Shown piece after piece: positions 13,940 to 25,759 of a DNA stretch of 64,000 bases; within the stretch, counting starts at the first letter, position 1, and the number at the start of each line of letters is the position of its first letter. A model generated the notes under the pieces. It had not been told where the DNA came from and ran no database searches. It saw only the letters and a list, made by a program, of their open reading frames with translations. The translations under genes were made by a program, and so were the position numbers. The DNA lies in contig CM120647.1 of the NCBI GenBank assembly GCA_051362555.1, positions 14,050,651 to 14,114,650 of the forward strand, given 5' to 3'. Origin of the DNA: Lingula anatina. Its lineage: Eukaryota > Animalia > Brachiopoda.

Positions 13940-14870
13940 CACTGTAAAAACAGTGTTTAGTATTTAAATACATACAACACACGTTAAAAAAGCATAGTAA
14001 CGTTATAGCTTATAGAAAGATTCGAAGACCGTTTCTACAGAGGTTTATGAAAACGTTAATTTGGTGGAGTTTTATAAGCGTTTTTATAACATTCTGGAAA
14101 AAAAACATTTAATGTTTTCAAAACCTTTTTTTAATAACCAAAACACTTCTTTTGTTATATGATTACAGTTAGCGGTTAATTCCAAAATGGGCTTGGGGTT
14201 AGTCGCAGCTAGAGCGGTGCGATTTGTAATATATTCGGACTATCGTTACCAAAATAACCAGCATGCGATGAAAGCTTAAATAAACTATCAAAATGAATAC
14301 CCCACCATAATCCTGATTTTATTCTATTCTATTGTTAATTGCTTTCGGAAAATATAAATATAAATCAATACTGTAACGCTTTTTATCAAAATAATGAAAA
14401 ATGTTTCAGAGTGATAGTTGTTTCGTGTCTTTAGTGTGCTAGTGGATTTTCCTAACTTGTTTTTCAGAAATATATTCCAATAAACACCCTCGCAAGGTCA
14501 GCCAACACAAGGGTAGATAAGTCCAGCTGTAAAGGGGATGGTGTGAAGTTGACGATGTTGACAGTTCATGGTACCCTGGTATAGATAGAGATAGCTATAG
14601 CTGTTAAAGGTGACCGTGACTTCCTGTGTGTGTGTGTGTGTGTGCGCGCGCGCGCGCGTGTATGTGACTAAAACAGTTGAAACCATCAGCACCTAAAAGA
14701 TAAACTAATACACCCTACATTTATTAGGCGTCAAACACGTCAAAACGTGTAACATGTTAAGCGGCTTAAACGTGCTTAGGGGCTAAATGCGTCGAAAAAA
14801 TGAGACAAAACAGGCGCTTAGAAATGTGTTTAGGAGCTTAATTTTTATAATTAACACTGTTTTTACAGTG
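13940..14870 (+). mobile_element. CACTG-ended MITE (CMC/EnSpm-like)
   Basis: TIRs CACTGTAAAAACAGTGTT / AACACTGTTTTTACAGTG; 2-bp TG on both flanks. Confidence 0.7.
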
Positions 14871-15104
14871 TGTAAGTGAATGGCTCATATTCAGTCCGCG
14901 AATCTGTCTGTCCGAAGATCAACATGTTCTGAATGCGTTCAAAGTCTCTCTTTCAGTGGATATTTTTTATTGGTTAAATGGATGTAATTTGTTTAAATTA
15001 AGTGTACAAATAATTGAATTAAAGAATGACTGAAAAGAGAAATGATAAACAAGGCAGCAAGAAAGAAAGAGTTAATACGGGTAGATACTACTACTACTTC
15101 TGCT

Positions 15105-15105
<1 letters not shown>

Positions 15106-15151
<46 letters not shown>

Positions 15152-15200
15152 AAACAATAATAATATTAATCATAATAATAATAATAAAAGTAAAAATAAT
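15106..15200. repeat. (AAT)n microsatellite. Other simple repeats: (ATT)n ~12150-12200, (CT)n(CA)n 16610-16693, (TA)n 25681-25756, 38446-38495, 43949-43996, 60652-60714
   Basis: Directly visible simple repeats. Confidence 0.95.
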
Positions 15201-16556
15201 AATACGAAGAAGAGTTGGGCGCAGTATTTTTCTAATATTATTATTTATTTTTATTATTCACAATTATATAATAAAAAAGATTCGAAAACATACCAACTAA
15301 AATGAAAAATGAACGATAGTGATATCTTCAGACAATTGCCAAGACACATATGATCACATATGCAGCAATGACCATAGCCTGTATTAGTTATAGAATGCCA
15401 TAATCTTGATAACCATTGTTTGAAATTGAGCGCAGTTAACATTAACGTTTTCCAATTTGAACCTCTGAATCGAAACTGCTTATCCTTTTCTTTTGCTTAA
15501 CACTGACTCCACGCACAAATCATCAACGTGGGGTTAGAGGCGGCTTGTTAGCACGTGTGTATTTGTACTTACATAGCTATTTCTGTTTGTGAGAGTACCG
15601 ATGATCTATCGAAGCCTTCCAACTGGTGCTCTGTGATTTGAAGGGTTGGGGAGGGTGGCAAATGACTGTAAGTAACTGGGCATGGTCCAGGGGCCTTCAA
15701 AAGAAACGTCATTTGACGATTGCAAAAGGAAATCATTGTCAGTACGTGCAGAACGACTTGTGCATCTAGCTTTGAAAAGCTTAATTAAACTTCATAGAAG
15801 AAATAAAAACAACGTTAGTTAAATTTCAGTTAATTTATTTCTTATATTTTATTATTTTATTATTTTCTCGCCGTCATCCCTTTCCTTAGACCTTCTTGTC
15901 GTTATAGTTGTAATGTCTACTGTATTTATTGTTACTGTTATTACTATAAAACAGATTATAACATATAATTTGAAGCTAATTCCACATATGTTTCATAATC
16001 TGTTCACTTTATCGATGGTATATGACTGGCGTTTATACAGCGTAAGAGAATAGAATCAAGGGGTCTACGGTCACTTTGCTACATCGCTCATAAACACCTT
16101 TCTTTTTTTTTTCATTTTGTTTTAGCCAGCAAAAAAGGCATTTTGCTATGAGACGCCCCCTTAATCCTTGACCTCCCCGGCGTTACGTATACGAATATGC
16201 TTATCAGCAGCACGAGGTAGCATAAGTCCATATACTCGCACATTGTACAGCCAGTTCTGCTGCCAGGGAGGAAGTCTTCGTCACCAAATACATATTAAGC
16301 TCATAAACTGCACTCTTACAGCCTAAACAAGGTAAAAGATTTAATTTCTGCAATAAGATCTGTAACTAAACTCATCAGGGTGTTACCAAAATACATTGGA
16401 AGACAGTATAAAATTTGCGTCAGTTTCACATTGTTTATTCTCAGTATGAATTCCATTTTCTGTGTACTCAGCCTTTACCTGTATATATTTTTGAATGAAG
16501 ACAGACAAAGTGTGTCAATGTCACATCGCTTATTCTCAGTATGGTATTCATTTCAG

Positions 16557-16580
16557 ATGTCAATGCAGCAGGGTTACAAG
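16557..16580 (+). CDS. Candidate first coding micro-exon (MSMQQGYK) of GIMAP-Hog gene 1
   Basis: tttcag|ATG...AAG|gtaaat; 24 nt, phase 0, which matches the acceptor at 21552. An alternative phase-0 start exon is 16720-16767 (MIPLSTIPPDFPSLPQ|gtaaga). Confidence 0.4.
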
Positions 16581-16610
16581 GTAAATACTTTCGTCCTTCA
16601 TAGCATCTCA

Positions 16611-16660
<50 letters not shown>

Positions 16661-17201
16661 AACACACACACTAACACACACACACACACACACAAGCAAA
16701 TCGGTAAAGTCAGGTAAATATGATTCCCCTGAGCACAATACCACCGGACTTCCCCTCACTACCTCAGGTAAGAAAACAAACTGTATTTGAAATATCTATT
16801 TGAGAAATGTATAAATTACTGGAATATTTTGCAAAATCTGATAGAGGACAGTTGATGAGATATAGCCAAAGGAAATGTTTATTTTGATACGAATTATAAG
16901 TATAAATATTATAAAATATAATTAAGGTTATAAAATTCAGCAAAATCTTTCACGGATGCCAATTTTGCAAATTTGACATTGCAGGACGCTTTTAGTCAAG
17001 CAAATACTACCATTTGGCATCTTTTCTCAATGCAAAATAATGTCATATTTTCTTCATTTTATTTGAAGTAAGTGATTTTTCTGAATAAAAGGCTAAATGA
17101 AATATAATAATAATAATAATAACAATAAAGTTCTAATTGAGTTGTGGTCTGGGCCTGGGTCTAGGAAGTGGACTAGTTTAGTACTGGGCCTGTGACTCAC
17201 A

Positions 17202-18475
17202 CACTGATGCTCATAAGTTAAGCAACACCCCAATTATTCAAAAGTTTCTTCTATCATGATCATCATTTCATTTGTTATTGGGATTACGCGTTTTCTTTCA
17301 TATTTTATAAATAACTTCATCAAGTTGAATTCAAGTTGAATATTTCTGTTAAAGAAATACAACACATAGCTCATTTTAATAATCAATATAACTTAGTTAA
17401 CCAAGCAGTACCAAAATATGTCAAACCATGTGTCTAAAAAGTATGCTCACACAGCAAAAAGTACGTGCTGAATAAAACAGCTTATCATGACGAAATGAAG
17501 TCTGATCATCTAAAAATTAGTTTTAATAAAAGAAGACTCTAGATAAAAGATGATTAATCGTCTATGATGCAATAAATATCGGGTGTGCTTCCCCTAGCTT
17601 TGAACAACAGCTTCACAGTCTCCTGCAACTTGCCACCAAATTCTGTCAATTTTGCTTTGGTAGCGGGTTCCATTTCTCAATTACTGCCTGCTGGAGCTCT
17701 CTTATGTTTTCGACTGGAGGTTGTCTCTAATTTACTGTTTTGTCATTCATATCCTATTAGATTGAGAATTGGTAAATATGCAGGTCACTCAAAATGTGGG
17801 ATATCGCACTGTTGCAGCGCGTCTTGCACGGACCGTGTTTTATAGATGGGCGAATTGTCCTGCACCAAAATGATTTATCTTTCTAGATTTGCTTGAATGT
17901 GTGATTGTAAGCGCCCCAAATGGTATTTTGTCTCCGTATCGTTGACCAGTGTACCTCTCTGGAATGAAGTACAGTGGCAATTTTTCATCATATGAGAAAC
18001 CGCACCATGCTATGACGGAAACTTCGCCAACCTGAACACGTGGGAGAACACAATCATCCTGAAATGCTTTGTTTGGAACTCTCCCGACACCTACCTTGTA
18101 GCCGACTATCTGCATACATCAAAGTGAATCTGCTCTCGTCAGTCCAAAGGACCTTTTGCCAAGTCCTGAGATTCCATCTTTCGCCGTATCTAACTGTTTC
18201 GAGCTCTTCCTAATCCAGGCCAAGTGTTTCTTGGTTGTTTGGCCGACATGAACCAGTCCTGGTTGCATAGTCGAACCAAACATCTTCTATCTCTTGTGCC
18301 GGTTAATATTGGTCTACCGGAAAGAGGCTTGCCCAATGCATGATGAGTTTGGCGCCATTTTGCTACCAGCTTGGACACCTTGCTAGGTGCTACTCTCTGT
18401 TGCCTCAATAAAAAAAATTGGTTGCTGAGAAATTTAAAAAATAAGAAAGTTTTGCTTAACTTATGAGCATCAGTA
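17202..18475 (-). mobile_element. Degenerate Tc1/mariner transposon
   Basis: TIRs (C/T)ACTGATGCTCATAAGTTAAGCAA. Broken transposase with SGRP, WQKVLWTDESRF, VIAWCGFS and QDNSP motifs. Confidence 0.85.
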
Positions 18476-18873
18476 TATATATTCAAACCTTGGGTCAAAG
18501 TCAATAGAGTTCTCAGAAATGTCACATTCTCGCAGTAAATTGTCCTTGGTATAACGTATTGTAGAAGATATCGCCGCGCTGTCACATAATATCGAGTTTA
18601 TCAATTATGAGTCAGCCTCTCAACAATAAGGTATTGGAGATATAATTCCTAGACCATTTCTCGTAATAACAATGTTTTGTCAGTTCTACCACCTAGTGGT
18701 TGGTCGTTACCCACTTTAGAGGCCGACCAATTTTAGATCTCTTTCCCTTGCAGGGGTTTAGGTGGCCATAATGTACCACCGCTGCTTTTCGTTTTGTTTT
18801 TATCTTATATAAATCGGAGAAATCACCTTAATAACTTTGAACGTCGAGTTTTTGGCATGATATTATGCCTTAA

Positions 18874-19587
18874 GGACGTTCTCTCATATTAGCTTTTTTT
18901 TGCGATCTGCGCAGATTTCGCGCATGAGTAGTTTTTTGCGATAGCGGCTAATGATAAAAATATAACATGCAATAAAAATTTATTTCATCATTTTAATAAA
19001 TCTGTATGAAATCTGTGATGTTATTTTGGTCGAAGCGCTACGAATATGTCAACAATGCGTTGCGTATCAGTGAACGCTTGGTCTTTTACGACGTAAAGTA
19101 CCCACTTGCGACTTTGTTTAAAAATGCCGCAATGCCAAAAAATACGCGAAGAAGGGATGGAAAAGAGCGCTTTAGTAAGGCTTGTATAGCAGTGACAAGA
19201 TTTTATCTCACCGAAAATATTCACAAGGGCTTGCAGTTTGACCACAAAGTGCATTGTGGTGATTTGTCACAAGGTTACGATGTGTGCAACAAGATATTGT
19301 CTTCTTCAGCATTGGTTTCCGATCACACAGGGCCAAGTTACCGTGATTTGTATGCTGAAAACAATTCTCTTTTTCTTTCACAATTAGTTAAAAAAATTAC
19401 ACTCATGGCGTTTTGTTGTTGATTTAAGTATGTTATTGGACAATATGACCTGCAAACAGTGCGATTTTCAGCTCTCCAGGAAAGATGCAGCAGGTGTGCA
19501 CCCGCCTGGCGTGTTGCGATGTCATTCTTGTAATGGTTTTGTTTAAGTGCAAATGGACAAAACCATAAAACACACAACAGAAGACCA

Positions 19588-19643
<56 letters not shown>

Positions 19644-21257
19644 AAATACATGTAATACTTTTTTGGTGTTAGGAAAATAAACAGTATATTTTTAGAAGAT
19701 AAATTGTACTTTATTTCAACTTTATCCGAATTTACCCAATCATTAATTAACAAGAGGCTTAATTTTTTTAGTTTGTACATTACTTAACAGAAATTATTCA
19801 GCCCATAATGTATTAGAAGATTGTCTTGAGACACAAAATTTAGTTAATGTATGCAATAATAAAGAGCAGAAAATTCTTTGATCTCAAAATCCGGGGCGCG
19901 CGATCAGAGTAGTAGCACCAAGCCTTTTTTTTCAGTGTTTTTAATCATATTAAGATGTTGAAATATAATGAATTATCACTGAATAATTCACGGCACACAT
20001 TTTTTAAAAATGGCCCAGCCAGATTTTGACCCAGGAGGATCCCTGTTATTTGATTTTTTATTTCATCCCAGCCAATTAACTAAATCCTGTGTTCAACCTT
20101 TAGCAAATTCTTTATAATACCTCGTTTATAAAAATAATTTCTTCATGTTTCGGCAAAAAAAAAATAATAATAAATAAATAAAAAAATAAAAAATATATTA
20201 AAATATCAAGATGTCGGGGTTAACATATCAGCCTTTGCATATGTCATTTCAAAGAGGTCTAGATGGTCTTTATTGTCTTCTATGTAAAATTAATCTAAAC
20301 ACGCACACAAAATGTATAAAGTAATAAGAAAAATGCATGTAGGTTGTCTTTAATGCCTAAATTTTAAATAAGTATGTATATTTATTATTTAATTTATTTG
20401 TTTTCATGTTCTAAATATAATATGAAATCGAAATAAACTGATAACCAAAAGATGTCTTTATATGAAAATTCTAACTTTTTGCCACCTAGTTTCCAAAGCA
20501 CGTTTGTCAAGAAATATGGTTACATGTAACTTACCAGTAGTAAGAAATTGATACATTGTTTAAACAATGTATATTAAAACATACAAAGCAAACAATCTAT
20601 CCAGCTATCTTAATGTTAAAAATGCATATATCATAAAAAAAAGGAATAGGAAGATAAAAGTTACATGAGATTGATACATGTGCCTATGAAAAATCCAATA
20701 CGGCGGCATTCCATGAGGCATACTGAATACTTTCAACATTTGAATATCCATTTTTTATGAAAGGGATATGTAAACTTTATGAAATTTGGTTAACTGATGC
20801 AGAGAAGTATAAATATATTTTTATGGAAGCAAAATAAGTGTACAAGTAAACAAAATCCATGATACAAACATATTTCTATCGATTCCTATGTAAAATTAAT
20901 AAAAAAAATCGATGTTCAAGCAGCCCTGGCTCTTTAACAAGCTGGATATGGTACATATTTTTTTGTAAATTTATTTGACTTATACCAAGATCTATAACAT
21001 ATCCACATAAAATTAAAATCACTATGGCAGAAATTTTTATTTTTGCATTTTTCAGCCAAATTAAGGCCATTTTGGCAAAATCCCCATATAACTCAATGTA
21101 ATAAACGTGGCGTTTTTCGGGACGCCATCTCTCGAAAACGCGCTGGAGTACCCCTAATTTTTTTCATATTTTTACTCAAATGGTGAGAAGATTTTGTCTT
21201 ACATTTTAATCAAAATCGCTGGCAGAAATATGAAATCTGAAATATGAGAGAGGGTCC
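18874..21257. mobile_element. Non-autonomous TTAA-target element, Kolobok-like
   Basis: TTAA|GGACGTTCTCTCATATT ... AATATGAGAGAGGGTCC|TTAA. The empty site (ccttaa) is visible in the paralogous block near 51103. Confidence 0.75.
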
Positions 21258-21551
21258 TTAAGTTAAGTAACACTAGGTAACCCTTACAATATTGTGCCTG
21301 CATTACATTTGTGTTTTAGTACCTGTTTTTGACTTTAAATTCTTGCTAGGACATTCTCTGGATAGCACATATGCATTTTCATATTTAAAAAAAATATTAT
21401 TTTAATCATCAGTAGGGGAGCATTGGAAAGATTATGTCGGCTATGTCCTGACATTAGTGAGGACAGTATTTCAAGACACTGTGTTTTTTGCTTGAGAAAT
21501 AACTAATTGTGATTTAACAGAGATAAGTAATATTATGGGTATCTACTACAG

Positions 21552-22934
21552 GGCAAAGATGTTAACGACGAGATACCGCCAGCTTATGCAAAGGGGGAGC
21601 ACACCAACATATTTGTCGTTGGGTCTACAGGAACTGGAAAGAGCGCTACCTGTAATATGATGGTGGAAAAAGAAGGTGTTTTCAAAGCAGAATTTTCCGC
21701 TGGAGGTATAACGGAAGACCTGTCATCTTACTGTGCCAACTTGGATGGACGCAAGCTTCGCCTCATTGATACTCCCGGCCTTTTAGAAGCACTTTCGTCT
21801 CGAAGGTTAGCACTTCTGAAGAAGATCATGACAAAAAACATTAGTTTGCTCGACGGCGAGGAAGGTATCGACGCGTTCTTGTTTGTCATTAGGTGCATCG
21901 ACAAGCCATCTAAAGATGAATTGAGCGCCTTAGTTCAGTTAACTTCGATGTTTTCGGAAGTCATTTTTGAATACATGATTGTTGTGGCTACTCACAAGGA
22001 CGAACTTGAGAACGATGAAAAGACAACAGAAAGTTTCAAAAGCAGTCTTCCCGACAAAATGAAGAAGATCCTTCAGAAGGCTGGTGGAAGGATAGTGTTT
22101 ATCAACAGTGTCACCAAAGACGAGAGAGAGCGTAGACGCTATGTCAAATCCATCATCCAACGTGTTGATGACATTGCAAGAGCTCATTTAGGTAAGAAAT
22201 TTACCAATGAGGCCATCGAATATGCACGCAAGAAAAGACAAGAAATGGAAAAAAAATACCCTCACCTGAGTGAGGCCGGTATACAAGAGGAATTAGAAAA
22301 AGTGATCGATCCATTTATAACATCACAATACTCTTGCTTTGATGGCTCTTCCACTGTGCGTCTCAGCGATGGGTCAGTCATACTAATGGCCAAACTAACA
22401 TCCGGTGACAAGGTGCTTTGTGTTAGGGAAGATGGCTCTGTTGGTTTCGAGGAAATCTTCTGCTTTAGCCATGCCGATGACAATTGTCAAACTTTATATG
22501 TCCACTTGGAGACAGCAACTGGACAACGCCTTCTCCTCTCTTATGGTCATTATATCTACGCTCGCTCCGAATCTAGGCCATACCCCTTTTCCCTGAAAGC
22601 CGCCCGTGATATCCGAGTTGGAGATGTGGTTTTCGTTTATCACCCTGCGACCAACGCAATGATTATGGATGAAATTGTGTCAACAGGCAGTAAGAATGTC
22701 ACCGGAGCCTTTTGTCCCCACACCATGAACGGCACCATCATCGTCAATGATATTTTGGCGTCCTGTTACACCGACGCAGTAGATCCCCTGGTGGCCAGAA
22801 AATTGCTTATCCCAGCCTGGTGTCTGTACAGGTTGCTTCCTCTACGTGTGTCTGCGCCCTTGTTGAAAAATGGCGTCTCAACTACCTGTAAACTTTTGAG
22901 CGCGACGAAGCAATATTTTAAAAGTCTTTACTAA
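21552..22934 (+). CDS. GIMAP/AIG1-family GTPase fused to a hedgehog-type Hog (Hint + SRR-like) domain, paralog 1, terminal coding exon
   Basis: The frame extends upstream of the track ATG to ctacag|GGC at 21552 and includes the P-loop NIFVVGSTGTGKSATCN, G3 LIDTPG, conserved box GIDAFLFVI, G4 THKDEL and G5 FINS. Hint starts at 22335 (CFDGSSTV...GDKVL...LSYGH...GTIIVNDILASCY). An in-frame stop at 21528 with no ATG before the P-loop means an upstream exon is required. Confidence 0.92.
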   Translation, partial: GKDVNDEIPPAYAKGEHTNIFVVGSTGTGKSATCNMMVEKEGVFKAEFSAGGITEDLSSYCANLDGRKLRLIDTPGLLEALSSRRLALLKKIMTKNISLLDGEEGIDAFLFVIRCIDKPSKDELSALVQLTSMFSEVIFEYMIVVATHKDELENDEKTTESFKSSLPDKMKKILQKAGGRIVFINSVTKDERERRRYVKSIIQRVDDIARAHLGKKFTNEAIEYARKKRQEMEKKYPHLSEAGIQEELEKVIDPFITSQYSCFDGSSTVRLSDGSVILMAKLTSGDKVLCVREDGSVGFEEIFCFSHADDNCQTLYVHLETATGQRLLLSYGHYIYARSESRPYPFSLKAARDIRVGDVVFVYHPATNAMIMDEIVSTGSKNVTGAFCPHTMNGTIIVNDILASCYTDAVDPLVARKLLIPAWCLYRLLPLRVSAPLLKNGVSTTCKLLSATKQYFKSLY

Positions 22935-23844
22935 AGTAGCGTGTGCGCAAACCACTGTCAATGAATTAATTTCTATTGCAGGGAGCAATTGATGACTTGG
23001 AGTAGAATATGTCATCTCTGTGTAAACATGAATGGCTTTCCTGTAACTAAGGTCATGCTGGTACAATTCGCTTTAGCATGGAAGTATTTTATATGGGTTT
23101 ATCATGTGGAATTTGAACATTGCGAACTTACGCGCTTGGGGACATTACTGCGGTGCAATTCTACTATTTGATTATGTGTAAGGTTTGTAATTCTGAAACA
23201 CCCATTAGTGTACATTTTGGAAAAAATCAAGCACAAAAATGCCCCAATTCTTTTTCAATGTCTTGCTTTCTTCTTGTAATGTCTGTGGCCGAATTTATTT
23301 TAGAATTTGCGAACACGTTTTACCACTTCTATACAAGGCATAATCAACTTTAGAAATTCCAGTGTATGCCAACCTATAGTGTAGTTAGAACTATGTATTT
23401 GTCTTGAAACTAAGAGATCAAACAAGGCATATACCTCTGATGTTATGTTGGCGTGAACCTTTCATCTAAGCAAGATGTTTTCCCTGCGAGCAAAATTTGG
23501 TACGGCTCAAAGGTATTGGGATACATGATTTTAGCACCAAATCTTATTTTCTCGAGAATTTAGCAAACTTATATATGACAAAATTATTGCTCGGCCCAGT
23601 TAATTTGCCCTTTCAACTGACAGGTTTTTTTTTCACACCAAAATCAAATGCATGTAATAAGCCACAGACACAGGCACTAGACACATGTATCAAATCATGT
23701 CAACTCCAAATTGAATTAAATATGAAAAGAGCATGCGGATTAGAAAGTTTAAAAAAGCTTTAGACAGTCTTTATTGAGCGTCTAGATATTGTGAACATTG
23801 ATAATGTGATTGATAGTATCCCAGATAATATATATATATATTAG

Positions 23845-24681
23845 AACTTTTAAGATCGCCCCAGAGCAGTTCTTCCTGTTAGTAACTGTCCATGCACTAC
23901 GTGAGGGCTGTATCCTCCCATGCATTTACGCCCTACTCCCAAACAAGACAGAAGAAACATATAATCATTCGTGAGTAAGCTCAAGGAACTCAGACCTAAG
24001 CTTGCTCCTGATATTGTAATGATGGACTACTTTGAAATAGCTCTGTGCAACGCTTTCCGCCATTCCTTACCAAATAACCAAGTGAAAGGATGTTTTTTTT
24101 TCACATCAGCCAGTGCATATGGCGTAAAGAACAAGAAGATGGGCTTCCCAACCAATACCAGACTAATAGTGACTTTGCTACAATGGTTTGGGAAATTCCT
24201 GCTCATGCATAATTGTTCCTCCTAAAGATGTTGCAGCAGCTTTTGGGACTAACCAAGGGGAAATGGACGATTCTCTGCTGCCCATCATTGGGTATTTTGC
24301 GGATAACTTTGTCGGCAGACCACACGGCAGACAAGGCAGACGACGAGACCCTAGATATGACCACAACATGTAGAATGTCACAACGAGGATAGAGGAAGGC
24401 TTGCCAAGAACGAATAATGCCATCAAGGGTTGGCATCGTCGGCTACAGGCCATAGTGGGAGCCTACCACCCAAAATTTTGGAAATTTTTAGACATACTGA
24501 GAATATAGAACAGGGGTTGATGGAATTGCAGTCAGCACAGATGCTTGCTGGGGTAGCTCCGCAGCCACCTAGGAAAAAGTATAAGGACAATTCAATTCGC
24601 ATTAGAAGAATATTTGACAATTATGGCACACGTAGCACATTAGAATATCTTCATGGAATAGCACTTAATATTTCTCTCTAA
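23845..24681 (+). pseudogene. MULE/Mutator-type transposase remnant
   Basis: Frameshifted motifs YALLPNK, MMD(Y)FEIALCNAF, VKGCFF(H)..QCIWRK, PRTNNAIKGWHRRL and YLHGIALNI. The likely right end is the G-rich tract near 25550. Absent from the paralogous block. Confidence 0.85.
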
Positions 24682-25675
24682 GCGCAGATACAAACTATGA
24701 ACTGTATACAATTCCTTGTCGGAATTTTGAGATTATTTTCCTTCATTGACTAAGTGACTTGACCCTCTATATAGTATTTTACGGCTTATTACTGCGTATG
24801 TTAAGTAAGCATTTAATTTGTAACCAAATTATTGAAGAATATTCATTATTTCCTTGTTAGGTGATATGATGTTTGCACTGCTTTGGAAGGGAATATTTCC
24901 ATGATAAGAAATTTATCATTTCTTATTGAGATAATTTTATTTCAATGAAGAACTCATATTATTTCATGACTTAGCTAAGGATCTTTAGGTATTAAAGCAT
25001 CTGTCTATAACATATAATTTAATTTGTTACCTGGTTACAAGCTTTTCCTAATTTAGCGATTATGACGATTGCACAGCATTCAAAGGTATTTTTATGATAA
25101 GGACTACAATTATTTGACAATACATACTTTGTTGCAGATTTTTAGTTAGAATTTTCATGTTTTGTTATTCTTTATTTTCTCTCAGTCAGTAATCTAATTT
25201 GCACGTTCAGATAAAAGCTTTGGGATAAAATATTTGGATCAAAGGGGGAGTGTTTAAGCAATTAAAAGTGTTAGCTAATTTATGAAAGGGTCACCTGGAT
25301 AAATGTTTACCCCACCTTTACTTTTAGATGTAATATTGATAAAAAAAGTTCTATTCTTGTAGTCCATAAGAATGTACTTAATCAGATTTTAAATAAAACT
25401 TTCTGTACAAATTAAATAAGGATAAAATAAAGTTCCAATGATATTAATACTTCCTAACATGAAAATGCATCATCAAACTAAGAAATATTTCATTTCAAAT
25501 GGGGGGCGCTGGAATCGTCCGTGGGGGGGGGGGGGGATTGTCCTGGGTCCTGAAACCAAATTACGGTAATTCGCCTGTTTGAGAGGACAACGAAAGAAGT
25601 GTCGGGGAGTTTCAACTTTACCACAGAGACAATTTAGAGTGTATAAATAGCCAGTTATGATTATAAAGTTGAGAT

Positions 25676-25759
<84 letters not shown>

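Noticed and set aside
15042-15305. Poly-Asn, poly-Lys, poly-Phe, YI- and HT-repeat ORFs here and elsewhere
   Set aside because: Translations of microsatellites and homopolymer runs.
21657-21659. ORF-track ATGs (21657 and 51826) as the true start codons
   Set aside because: They lie downstream of the P-loop. The frame continues to conserved splice acceptors at 21552 and 51721.
21939-22483. Antisense ORFs conserved in both paralogs (also 52105-52649)
   Set aside because: Shadow frames of the sense CDS.
22335-22934. Hint domain as a protein-splicing intein
   Set aside because: No C-terminal His-Asn plus nucleophile and no C-extein. It ends ASCY followed by an SRR-like tail, which is the Hog type.
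21552-22934. A hedgehog gene
   Set aside because: No Hedge signalling domain or signal peptide; the N-terminal part is a P-loop AIG1 GTPase.
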